From Lentisphaeria bacterium (GTDB lineage Bacteria; Verrucomicrobiota; Lentisphaeria; JABSQK01; JAWLHB01): 64,000 nucleotides of DNA. This document shows, piece by piece, positions 1 to 8,500 of the stretch. Every line of letters starts with the position of its first letter. Within the stretch, counting starts at the first letter, position 1. The stretch covers positions 36,785-100,784 of the forward strand of contig JAWLHB010000012.1 in NCBI GenBank assembly GCA_041690595.1. The letters run 5' to 3'. Made by a program: the position numbers and the translations under genes. The notes under the pieces are model-generated. The model was not told the DNA's origin and did not search any database. It saw only the letters and a list, made by a program, of their open reading frames with translations.

Positions 1-1660
1 TGAAGCTTTCCCGGATCAGGAGCTGATGGAAGATCACGTAGAGGGGAGTCAGTGGCCACTCCGACCAATCCCGATTGGCCGTAAGGGAGTGTATCCAGAA
101 CTCACCGCCCCCCATGCCGATACGCAAGGCCAGCGGCGCCTCGCTGGCGAACTGCAGCCAGGTGGAGATGCCGGCACCGACGGCATCGCCGGGGAGCCCG
201 ATCGTGAGGCGCGCCTTGCCGCTGATGTCGGGAAGACGTCGCAGTGCGCCCCGGCTGCGACGCTCGATCGCATGCGGAAGCTCCGATGCGACGGGGCGGA
301 AGGTCTGGGTGGTTGGGAAGCGCTGCACTTCAAAGCGTAACGCCTGCAACGGCTTGAGGACATCCTGGCTCGACTCGATGCCCCCAGCGTCACCGGGATA
401 GAGACTCACGGTGCCCCCATTGCGTACATAGTCCTCGAGCTTGATTGCGAGATTGGCCGTGAAACGGGGCGGATTGGCGATCAGGACTGCCTGGTACTCC
501 GCCAGGTCGAGTGCCGGCAGGTCGTCCCACTCGATCACGTCGCTCCGAATAAGCGGATTTTCAAGATTCTGAGGATTCAGCGCCCGGTTCAGATAGAAGG
601 TGTCCGCCTGGAAGGGAACGGCCGCGCTCGTGCCGTTGACGAGCAGGACACGGACATGCTCCTGACGGGCCAGGGCAAAGTAATGGACATTGTCGACGTC
701 CAGCGGATCGTTGTCGAGCTGCAGACGCCCCGCGGCAAACGCCCCCTCGGCGGCGACAACGGCCTCGATAGCGAAGGGCATCCTGCCGGCCGGGGTCAGG
801 GGCAATCCAACTTGGGCAGCTTCCGCCTCGTCCAGAAAGAGATGCAGAGTGCTGGCGCCGGTGAAGCTGGCATCGGTATGAACCTCGCCTCGTACCAGCA
901 GATCACCGCCGCCGAGGATTGCCTCGGGAGCCAGCCGCACGTCGGTGATCCAGGAATTACCCGTCGTGGACCAGACACGATTGATGAAGAGACGCATGTC
1001 GTTCTCCTGAATCGCCTGGCCGAGAGCGGCGGCATCCTGGCGCTGCCACCCCGTCGCCTGGAAGTCACTGAAGGCATGCAGTTCGACGGTACCGGGGATT
1101 TTCTGCTCGGCCAACTGCGCGACCGTCGCCTGCAGATCGCGCACCAGATCGCCGGCACCGAATCCGCAGACAGCCTCCTGCAGCGCCTTCTGCACCAGGC
1201 CGTGGTTGGTGATGGGGGGAAAGATGACCCGTTCCCGGCCCGGCGCGGCGCCACTGACGATGAGAGCGACCCGATCGTCATCCTTGAGGGTCGCCAGGAC
1301 ATCGAGCGCCCAGTCGCGGGCGCGATCGAAGCGCGTGACATCCATCTCCCGACAGCGCATGCTGGCCGTGCCATCGAGAACGAGGACAACGGTTCTCGCG
1401 CCTTCCGGAAGCCAGCCCGCGGCACGCAGGCGCGGCCGCGCGAAGGCGAGAGCAAGGAGGATGATGATGAGCATGCGCAAGGCGAGGATGAGCACCTGCG
1501 TGAGGTGGCGGGACTTGCGTGTCTTGGCGATGGCCGTCTGAATGAAGCGCAGGGTGCTGAACGAGACGGGCTTCGGATTGCGCCGATTGAGCAGATGCAG
1601 CGCGATGGGGATCGCCGCGGCAGCCAGCGCAAACAGAAACAGGGGGTTTAGAAATGGCAT
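1..1660 (-). CDS. BatA-like protein: N-terminal double-transmembrane (aerotolerance-regulator N-terminal) domain followed by a vWA-like domain. 5'-complete; the 3' end runs off the window start
   Basis: Manual reverse-complement translation from ATG (forward 1658-1660) gives MPFLNPLFLFALAAAAIPIALHLLNRRNPKPVSFSTLRF...VVLVLDGTASM... It stays open to position 1, so it is partial and absent from the ORF track. The LDGTAS stretch is MIDAS-like. The listed + strand ORF 656..1651 is its antisense shadow. Confidence 0.65.
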   Translation of the reverse strand, partial: MPFLNPLFLFALAAAAIPIALHLLNRRNPKPVSFSTLRFIQTAIAKTRKSRHLTQVLILALRMLIIILLALAFARPRLRAAGWLPEGARTVVLVLDGTASMRCREMDVTRFDRARDWALDVLATLKDDDRVALIVSGAAPGRERVIFPPITNHGLVQKALQEAVCGFGAGDLVRDLQATVAQLAEQKIPGTVELHAFSDFQATGWQRQDAAALGQAIQENDMRLFINRVWSTTGNSWITDVRLAPEAILGGGDLLVRGEVHTDASFTGASTLHLFLDEAEAAQVGLPLTPAGRMPFAIEAVVAAEGAFAAGRLQLDNDPLDVDNVHYFALARQEHVRVLLVNGTSAAVPFQADTFYLNRALNPQNLENPLIRSDVIEWDDLPALDLAEYQAVLIANPPRFTANLAIKLEDYVRNGGTVSLYPGDAGGIESSQDVLKPLQALRFEVQRFPTTQTFRPVASELPHAIERRSRGALRRLPDISGKARLTIGLPGDAVGAGISTWLQFASEAPLALRIGMGGGEFWIHSLTANRDWSEWPLTPLYVIFHQLLIRESF

Positions 1661-1800
1661 GAATCCCTCCGGTCGTGCCCTATACTCGGTGACCTCCCTA
1701 ATTTATACCGCTATACGCGGAACGCCACTGATGCCAGTACTGCCCGTTAGAAGTCTTTCCCCGTTTAGCAACTCCGATCTGGGCCCAATGCACGTTTGGC

Positions 1801-2086
1801 CCTCAGCCCAGGGACAGCCCGGGGACAGGTACATTCCCTCAGCCCGGGGAGACAGCCCAGGGACAGGAGACAGCCCGGGGACAGGTACTTCCCTCAGCCC
1901 GGGGACAGGTACTTCCCTCAGCCCGGGGACAGGTGCTTCCCTCAGCCCGGGGACAGGTGCTTCCCTCAGCCCGGGGACAGGTGCTTCCCTCAGCCCGGGG
2001 ACAGGTGCTTCCCTCAGCCCGGGGACAGGTGCTTCCCTCAGCCCGGGGACAGGTACTTCCCTCAGCCCGGGGACAGGTACTTCCCT
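1801..2086. repeat. Tandem 24-bp repeat array (unit cagcccggggacaggt[a/g]cttccct). It has 9 perfect copies at 1871-2086 in the order 2x 'gta', 5x 'gtg', 2x 'gta', plus about 3 degenerate leading copies
   Basis: Read directly from the sequence. Copies abut with no spacers. The array lies in the divergent intergenic region between the BatA-like gene and the IS200-like gene. Confidence 0.9.
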
Positions 2087-2250
2087 TGTTTGCTATATTC
2101 TTTCGGTGGGTATAGATGCGGCTCGCGGCAGCTCCTGCACCACTTCCGGCATGTTTAGTCAACTGCTTGCATATTTCGTCACTCGGCGCTTGACAACGTT
2201 AAATACGGAGTCAAGTTGATGTCCATCACTACAAACAAAGGGGTTTAAAG

Positions 2251-3189
2251 ATGAGAATGGCGCGGATCAAGCATCGAGGCGGCGGCTGCTACTACCATCT
2301 GACAAACCGAACGGCAGGTAGCGAGAAAGACCGGCCCTTTGGTAAGGTTGAGAAGAAGAAGTTCGAGAATCAGGTGCATTCCCTGAGCACGCTGTATTCG
2401 CTGCAGGTGGTAACTCTTTGCGTCATGTGCAATCATTTTCACCTCACACTGTTTGTTCCAGGCGAACCTCCGAGCCGGAAAGAAGCCGCCCGCCGCTACA
2501 ACAAATTCTACAAGGACAGGCACCCCATCACCGCCGACTCGCCCATCGCCGCCGAACTGGCGCCGCGCCTCAATGACATCAGTCACTTCATGCACGATCT
2601 GCAGCAGCGTTTCACGGTCTGGTTCAACAAGAGCCGCCCGATCCGGCGTCGCGGCGCGCTGTGGGCCGGCAGGTTCAAGAGCGTCATCCTCCAACGCGGC
2701 ATGACCCTGTGGAACGCCATCAAGTACATCATCCTTAACCCCGTGCGCGCGAAGATGGTCAACGATCCTGCCGACTATCGCTTCAGCGACTGGGGGCATT
2801 GGCATGAAAGTGGACGACATCCCTTCGAATCCAACTTCGTGACCCACGTCTGTCGCAGCCTTGGCCATCGCGCCGATGGCTGGGATGCCAAGCGGCTTCA
2901 GTCTGAGCTGCGCACCGACCTCGCCCGCACCATGGCTGCCGACGCCGATGCCAACGCGATTCAGGCTGCCTGCGAGAGCGGAAAGAAGCGTCCGGCGCCG
3001 ATCCTGCGCGCCGATCGCCGGAATCGCTGCTGGAGCGATGGCGCGATCATCGGCGATCGGCAATTCGTCCACGAGGTAGCTGGTGCCGTCTACGGCAGCG
3101 ATGCCATCAAGAAGAAACGCCTTGGAAGCGGGCGCCTGCCCGATTCCGGCGAGCTGCTCTACAGCTTCCGCAGGCTGCGCAAGGACTGA
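2251..3189 (+). CDS. IS200/IS605-family (COG1943, RAYT-like) HuH-Y1 transposase, long form (312 aa)
   Basis: HuH motif in CNHFHLTLFVP. GALWAGRFKSVILQ and WNAIKYIILNPVRAKMVND match the Y-I-x-x-N-P-V-x-A-x-hydrophobic catalytic-Tyr helix typical of IS200/RAYT transposases. A GGGG stretch lies 9 nt upstream of the ATG. Confidence 0.75.
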   Translation: MRMARIKHRGGGCYYHLTNRTAGSEKDRPFGKVEKKKFENQVHSLSTLYSLQVVTLCVMCNHFHLTLFVPGEPPSRKEAARRYNKFYKDRHPITADSPIAAELAPRLNDISHFMHDLQQRFTVWFNKSRPIRRRGALWAGRFKSVILQRGMTLWNAIKYIILNPVRAKMVNDPADYRFSDWGHWHESGRHPFESNFVTHVCRSLGHRADGWDAKRLQSELRTDLARTMAADADANAIQAACESGKKRPAPILRADRRNRCWSDGAIIGDRQFVHEVAGAVYGSDAIKKKRLGSGRLPDSGELLYSFRRLRKD

Positions 3190-3299
3190 CGCCCGCCAGC
3201 TGAGCGGGCAGGGAGGCACGGCAGAGCAGACGACTCTCCGGGGTTGGACGGGTCAATGCCTGCTGCGTGCCCGCAGGCCACGTAAGTGCCTGTCGGGGG

Positions 3300-3890
3300 A
3301 GGACGTTCCCGGATGGGGGCACTGCCCATGGTCGGTGCCTGGCCGGGTTCTGCCGGCCACGCCAATTGAGAACGAGGTCGTCATGTGTCCGACTTCTGTT
3401 GTTGAGTGAAGTAGCGTGGTCGGGTTGAGGCGCTCAGACGAGAGGCGAAGAAGTGCCTGTGCCCGTGTTGTGCTCAGACGAGAGGCGAAGAAGCACCTGA
3501 CCCCGTGTTGAGGCGCTCAGGCGAGGGGCGTTCCGGGGGTAGGCGAGGCGAGAAGTACTTGGCGCCGGATTGAGGCGACGGGCCGAGAATTGGTAGTGAC
3601 AAGTACCTGTCCCCGGATTGAGGCGGCGGGCCGAGAATTGGTGGTCACCGCTGCGTTGCCGGGGGCACCGCAGGTGCCACTCAGGCGAGTGGCGTTCCCA
3701 GGAGGAATGGGGCACTGCCGATGATCGATGCCTGGCCCCGTTCTGAAAGCTACGCCAGTTGAGGGGGCGACCGCATCATCTGTGCAACATCCGAGGACGC
3801 AGATTGCTTGATTCGCGTGGAAGCTACCGCTGCATTGCCGAGGCGCCGCAGGTGCCACTCAGGCGAGCGGCGTTCCCAGCATGGGAGCGG
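3300..3890. repeat. Non-coding block of imperfect direct repeats: pairs of ~80-bp (3300-3395 vs 3700-3790), ~50-bp and ~35-bp segments, several carrying the hairpin GGCACCgcaGGTGCC
   Basis: Repeated strings are visible (e.g. gctcagacgagaggcgaagaag... twice; ggattgaggcgRcgggccgagaattggt twice; cgctgcRttgccgRggcRccgcaggtgccactcaggcgagYggcgttccc twice). Only short low-complexity ORFs lie here. Confidence 0.7.
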
Positions 3891-3909
3891 CGATCGAGAC
3901 TGATCCTGA

Positions 3910-4377
3910 TCAATACTGATCCTGATCGAGGAACCTGACGATTTCGCGCTGCAGCTTCGCCTGCCGTTCCGCGATTCTGTCGGCTGGCGTCTCACGGTAG
4001 ATGTCCGTGATGTCACCGGCACCCTCCTGGATGCGCTGGCACAGCTCGCGGGCGGTCAGGACGTCGCCATCGCCGAGGCCGAGGCGTTCCGCCCAACGCT
4101 GATCGAGCAGCAGGTTGTACTCGCGTTTGGAGCCAGGGGCCTGTGGACGAAAGGAGGTGTCGATCGTGTCGTCGCACAGCCCGTCGATGCTGTGGCAGCA
4201 TGGCCGGCAGATGTCATCGGCACCAAACTCCATGCGGAGTTCCACATCGCGTTCGGCGAGCACAGCCTTGGTGACGCTGTGCACTGCGTGGCCGTAGGGA
4301 TGGGGTGGCGGTGCCTCGACACCATCCCCGAAAGCCGTGATGATGTCGACGAAGTGATGTGGCTTAATAGCGATCAT
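3910..4377 (-). CDS. Cys/His-rich small protein, DUF1284-like (putative Fe-S/metal-binding)
   Basis: Translation MIAIKPHHFVDIITAFGDG...ICRPCCHSIDGLCDD. The ATG at 4377 has a GGAGGAG Shine-Dalgarno just upstream. Track ORF 3910..4413 starts further upstream at a weaker start. Confidence 0.55.
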   Translation of the reverse strand: MIAIKPHHFVDIITAFGDGVEAPPPHPYGHAVHSVTKAVLAERDVELRMEFGADDICRPCCHSIDGLCDDTIDTSFRPQAPGSKREYNLLLDQRWAERLGLGDGDVLTARELCQRIQEGAGDITDIYRETPADRIAERQAKLQREIVRFLDQDQY

Positions 4378-4458
4378 CGTCTCCTCCCGTGAATGGGTTG
4401 TCGATAGACCCACTGTTGCAGAAAGACTTCCGCCGCGCAGTACGGGTGGGCCACGGAC

Positions 4459-5457
4459 TCAGCCGATAATCATGGGCTGACGAGCCGGCTGAACGCCATC
4501 CTCGCAGCAAGTCTCGGCGATCTCGATCTGAACCTGCGAGAGGGCATCGATCAGCTCTTCGGGTGACTCGAAGCGGTCGTCAAGATTCTTGGCCATCAAC
4601 AATTCGAAGACTTCGGTGAGCTGGTAAGGAATGTTTGGGGCAATCTCGCTGGCGGGCGTCAGCGGTTCTTCAAGGTGCTTCCAGGCAATTTCCTCTGCGG
4701 TGCGTCCCGTGAAGGGCAGCCTGCCAGTGGTGAGGTGGTAGAAGGTGGCGCCCAGGCTGTACAAGTCGCTGCGCACGTCCATGTCGCTGCCGAGGACATG
4801 TTCCGGGCTCATGTACGGGACCGTGCCGACAATGGTGTCGCTGGACTGGACTTCCGAGAGTTCGCTGCAGCGGCAGGCCATCCGAAAGCCTGTAAGCTTG
4901 GCGTGGCCGGCATCGGCGAGAAAGATATTGGCCGGCTTGATGTCGCGATGCAGGAGATCGTGTTCCTGCCATGCATAATCGATGGCGCGCGCGATCTGCT
5001 GCATGAGCATGATGGCCTGGAAGGGAGGCAACGGACCATCGCTTTCGAGGACGGCTTCGAGATCGCGCCCTTCCAGGTACTCGACGGCGGCAAAGTAGTT
5101 CTCGTCCTCCTGGCCAAGGGCGTAGGCATGCACGATGTGGGGATGAAGTAGCCGCGCCATATAGCGCGCATCCGTAACGAACTGGTTCACCAAGACGGGG
5201 TTGCCCAGCAGCTCGCGCTTCAGGAGTTGCAGGATGACGACACGTTCCAGCGAGAGCTGGTGCGCCAGGTGCAACGTACAGATCCGCGCTTCTCCCAGCC
5301 CTGCCATCACCACGAAGTCGTTGATCACGATTCCCAGAGCAAGGCGCGATGCCGGTATCAGCGTCTCTTTCTGACAGAAGTCGCAGATGATGGTATCATT
5401 GAAGGTGACCGTCTGGCGGTCGAGAATCTTCTCACATTGAGAGCACAAAAAGCGCAT
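4459..5457 (-). CDS. Zinc-ribbon Ser/Thr protein-kinase-like protein, probably a pseudokinase
   Basis: N-terminal CSQCEKIL...CDFC zinc ribbon. Kinase catalytic loop HRDIKPANIF and activation segment GTVPYMSPE are present. DFG is replaced by TGF, and no clear VAIK lysine or GxGxxG loop was seen. Confidence 0.7.
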   Translation of the reverse strand: MRFLCSQCEKILDRQTVTFNDTIICDFCQKETLIPASRLALGIVINDFVVMAGLGEARICTLHLAHQLSLERVVILQLLKRELLGNPVLVNQFVTDARYMARLLHPHIVHAYALGQEDENYFAAVEYLEGRDLEAVLESDGPLPPFQAIMLMQQIARAIDYAWQEHDLLHRDIKPANIFLADAGHAKLTGFRMACRCSELSEVQSSDTIVGTVPYMSPEHVLGSDMDVRSDLYSLGATFYHLTTGRLPFTGRTAEEIAWKHLEEPLTPASEIAPNIPYQLTEVFELLMAKNLDDRFESPEELIDALSQVQIEIAETCCEDGVQPARQPMIIG

Positions 5458-5537
5458 GAGCTACCATGATGGCTGAGCCCGCGGCGCGGTGGTCTGCCTC
5501 TGACCTGACGCCGTAAGCCCGGGGATGTACCCGCGGT

Positions 5538-8500
5538 TCAGTTATCCAGGTTCTTGTAGTAGTCGGAGACGATACCCCTGTAGTCCTCGTCGATGTCCTG
5601 CAAGCCCGTGTCGTCGCCGGCGCTTCCGCCGGATGCCTCGCTGCTGGAGACGCTCATTGGCAGAACAGCTCCCGAAGCAAGCTCTGTCTGCGTTTCCTGC
5701 AACTGCTTCATGACGCGCTGCTGCAGGCTGGCGTATTCCTTCTGATCCTTGTCCATGCGCTCGACGCGCCGCATATCCCGGGCCGCCTCTCCCAGCGGTT
5801 CGGTATTGTTCATGTAGAGGAGTCGTGCGGTGGCGTACATGGCTTCTGTTTCCTGGCGGAGCGCCTGATTTGCGGAGGGGGCCTGCATGTGCATGTCGCG
5901 GCGCGGGGCGTTGCCGAACATCCCGATGGTTTCAGATTCGCCGCCGAGCTTGCCACCGCCGGTGGCCCGCGCATCCAGAGTCGAATCCTCGGCCTCTTCC
6001 ACCTGCCCCTTCTGCAGGGGATCATTGGTCTTGCGCGCATGCGTTTCGCGTCCTTCCAACCCCTTCACGGTGTTTTCGACAAGCTCGCCAGTAGACTGCC
6101 CTTCGCGGCCCGCGCCACTGCGGCCGGTCATCTCGTTGTCATTCGGCTTGGTGTTGCCGGACTTCCCTTTGGCCGAAAAATTGGGCATCGGCCCGTCCAT
6201 CACGCCCCACCCCATTTCGGCATCCGCCATCATCTGGTTGCCGGTACTGTCCTGGGACTGCATATCGATATCGGCCGATTGATCGAGGAGGTCGCCAACG
6301 ATGTCTTCAAGCTCTTCCGGCAGATCGACGAGAGGCATGTCGGGAAATTCGGCGGCATCGAAGCTTTCGAGATCCCACTTGATATTGTCAGGAATGTCCG
6401 GAAGCCACATTTCGACATCCTCGACACGTTCCTTGGTGTTCTTGATCGCTTCGAGCAAGCCATCTTCCTTCTGCACGGCAATCTCGACGCTGGGCGCGTT
6501 CTCGCTGTTGGCTGCCTGCTCCACGTCCTCGTACACTTCGCGCATCTTGCTGTTGAGATCGTTGCTGACCGGGAGTTCCGGGAACTGGTAGAGATCCTGA
6601 GCCATCTTCTCAATCTTCTCCTGCCACTGCTTCTGCTCCTCGTCAAGCTTCGCCAGTTCCGCCCGCACCTTGTCATCGAGATTGCCCCGGCGGGTAAGAT
6701 CCTTAGTCACTTCCACAATCTCGTTCTGGCGCTTCTCCATGTCGGCAAGCTGCTCGGCAATGTCTCGCAACGTCATCGAGGCATCGGCTATGGACTCGCG
6801 GGCCTTCTCGACGCGCCACTTGTTCATGATCTTGAGCGCTTCCGTCAGCAGGCGCAGCGCCTCTTCCTCGGCCTGGATGCCGGCGGCCCAGTTGACCTGA
6901 CTCAGCTCGTCGGCCGCGGTGAGCATCTTCTCGTAGAGTCGGCCGCTGGTGAGCAGCACATGAACGTTGGCCAACTGCCGGGCAAAGCTGTCTTCGCTTT
7001 CCGCGTTGGCCATACGCTTGACGGCTTCGATGAAGAGAATCGCTTCGTCAGCCAGTTGCTCCTGGCGCCGCACCAGGAGAGCGACACCGTCCCCCTGCAG
7101 TTCGGCCTGCATACCGCTCTTCGTATCGGCCAGAAGCTCGCGCTGACGAGCGACCATGCGCTGCAGCTGCCCCAGAAGATCCGTCTTGTCCTTGTAGGAC
7201 TGCTCGTTGGCAAGGGCCGTGGGCAGCCCCGTCAGCACAGCCAGAATGCGCGCCTGGAGGGCGATGGCTTCTGCGAGAGGCGCCATGCGCTCCCGGTCCG
7301 GCGCCCGCGTCAAGGCATCCAAGGCCGCAACCGCCTGCTGCATCTCATTGGTCTCCAGTTCCCTGAGCGTGATCAGGAGATCCCCGAGGACCGCATCGTG
7401 CGTCAGGAGTTCAGCAGCCAGCCGGCGAATCTCAACCTGGGCCACCAGAAGAGGCGCCATGGCGGCAACGTCGACAGTGCTACTGCCGCCGGCAAGCTGA
7501 GTCTGCAGTTTGCGGCTGCCGGACAGATTCTCTTTCTGGAGTTGGATCAGGCGAGCAACGGAGCGTTCGCTTTCTGCCCGTTTGCCCTGGACGGAGCGAC
7601 GCTCTTCGTCCGGCAGCGGGATGACGATATCCATGAGCCGTGAAGCTCCCTGCCGTGCCTCGGCGGCAGGTCCGGCATCACGCGCCAGGAGGCGGAAACG
7701 CAGGCGGGAACCAGCTTTCGCCCCCAGCGCCGCCAGGTCGACTGCGAAATGGCCACGCATCTCCCGGCGAAGCTCGTCATTGCGCTCGACCGCAATCTCC
7801 TGATCGGCCCCATCCTTCTCCACGCGTACACAGAGGACAGACGCAACGCCGTACTCGTCGCGCGCCACGAAAGGCAAGGCGATGCGCTCGCCGGGCGCCG
7901 CGGTGATCTGGCGCAGGTCGGTGGCAAAGTCGACCGTCGGCCCGAGGTCGGGCAGGATGGTCAACGGCAGAGGAATGCGGGCATCGAGTCCCGCCGTCGA
8001 TACCAACCTCAACTGAAGTGGAGCGGTGCCCGGCACCGGGAAGGTGACACGAAAATCGGCGGCATCGGCCACGGCAGCAGCCTGAAGCTCGCGTCCATCC
8101 TGCAGCACGACGACCTGGCGAAGAGGCTGGGAGGACTTGCCGGTGAGCTGTACCTCCGCGCCCACGGGAATCCCCCCCTCCGGCTGCTCCGAGCTGAGCC
8201 TGCGTCGCGGCAGAGAGGTATAGGCAGGCGGTTGCACGTCCGCCGCCCAGTTCACCAGGGAAGGCGGACTCTGCACGCCGATTGTGAAGCGGGGGGAGCG
8301 GGCATCATTGGCAATGAACCAGTAGGTGGTGCTGTCGAAAAGCAGGGGAGTCTCGGCGGTGAAGCTCAGGGGCTCTCCGTCGACGGCAACGAGCATGATC
8401 TGCTTTGCCTCGCCACGCTCCGGTTGCACGACCAGCATCGGCTTGCGCGGCACTTTCCCTTCCAGGCGAACGCGAATGAGAGCCTTTTCTCCACGTGGGA

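Larger units (their letters stand above)
1801..3890 (+). mobile_element. Putative IS200-like/RAYT-associated element region (transposase gene plus flanking repeat blocks). True ends undefined
   Basis: A transposase gene is flanked upstream by a tandem array and downstream by ~0.6 kb of ORF-free repeated segments with GC-rich hairpins. I recognised no terminal inverted repeats or target duplications. Confidence 0.25.

Noticed and set aside
656-1651. 331-aa + strand ORF (and the nested 796..1632 minus ORF)
   Set aside because: It is the antisense shadow of the BatA-like gene that I translated manually on the minus strand. The translation is Gly/Arg/Asp-rich without motifs, and long spurious antisense ORFs are expected at >60% G+C.
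1801-2086. Possible CRISPR array
   Set aside because: The units abut directly with no unique spacers and are only 24 bp. No cas genes are present in the window.
2189-2213. CTTGAC...GTCAAG hairpin upstream of the transposase ATG as an IS200 left-end hairpin
   Set aside because: The 6-bp stem with a 16-nt loop is too weak, and no matching right-end structure was identified. It is noted only as possible.
1542-2219. ORFs reading through the 24-bp tandem array (PGTGASLS, PGDRCFPQ, STCPRAEG repeats in three frames)
   Set aside because: All three frames are open only because the repeat lacks stop codons. There is no credible start context, the peptides are pure 8-aa repeats, and they sit between two divergent gene starts.
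3434-3858. 93-aa and 113-aa minus-strand ORFs in the repeat block
   Set aside because: They are composed of repeated nucleotide segments, giving repeated peptide strings (QFSARRLNP twice), and have no start context.
5889-7643. 584-aa + strand ORF
   Set aside because: It is antisense to the large coiled-coil protein gene. Its composition is His/Arg/Leu-rich and typical of antisense GC-rich frames.
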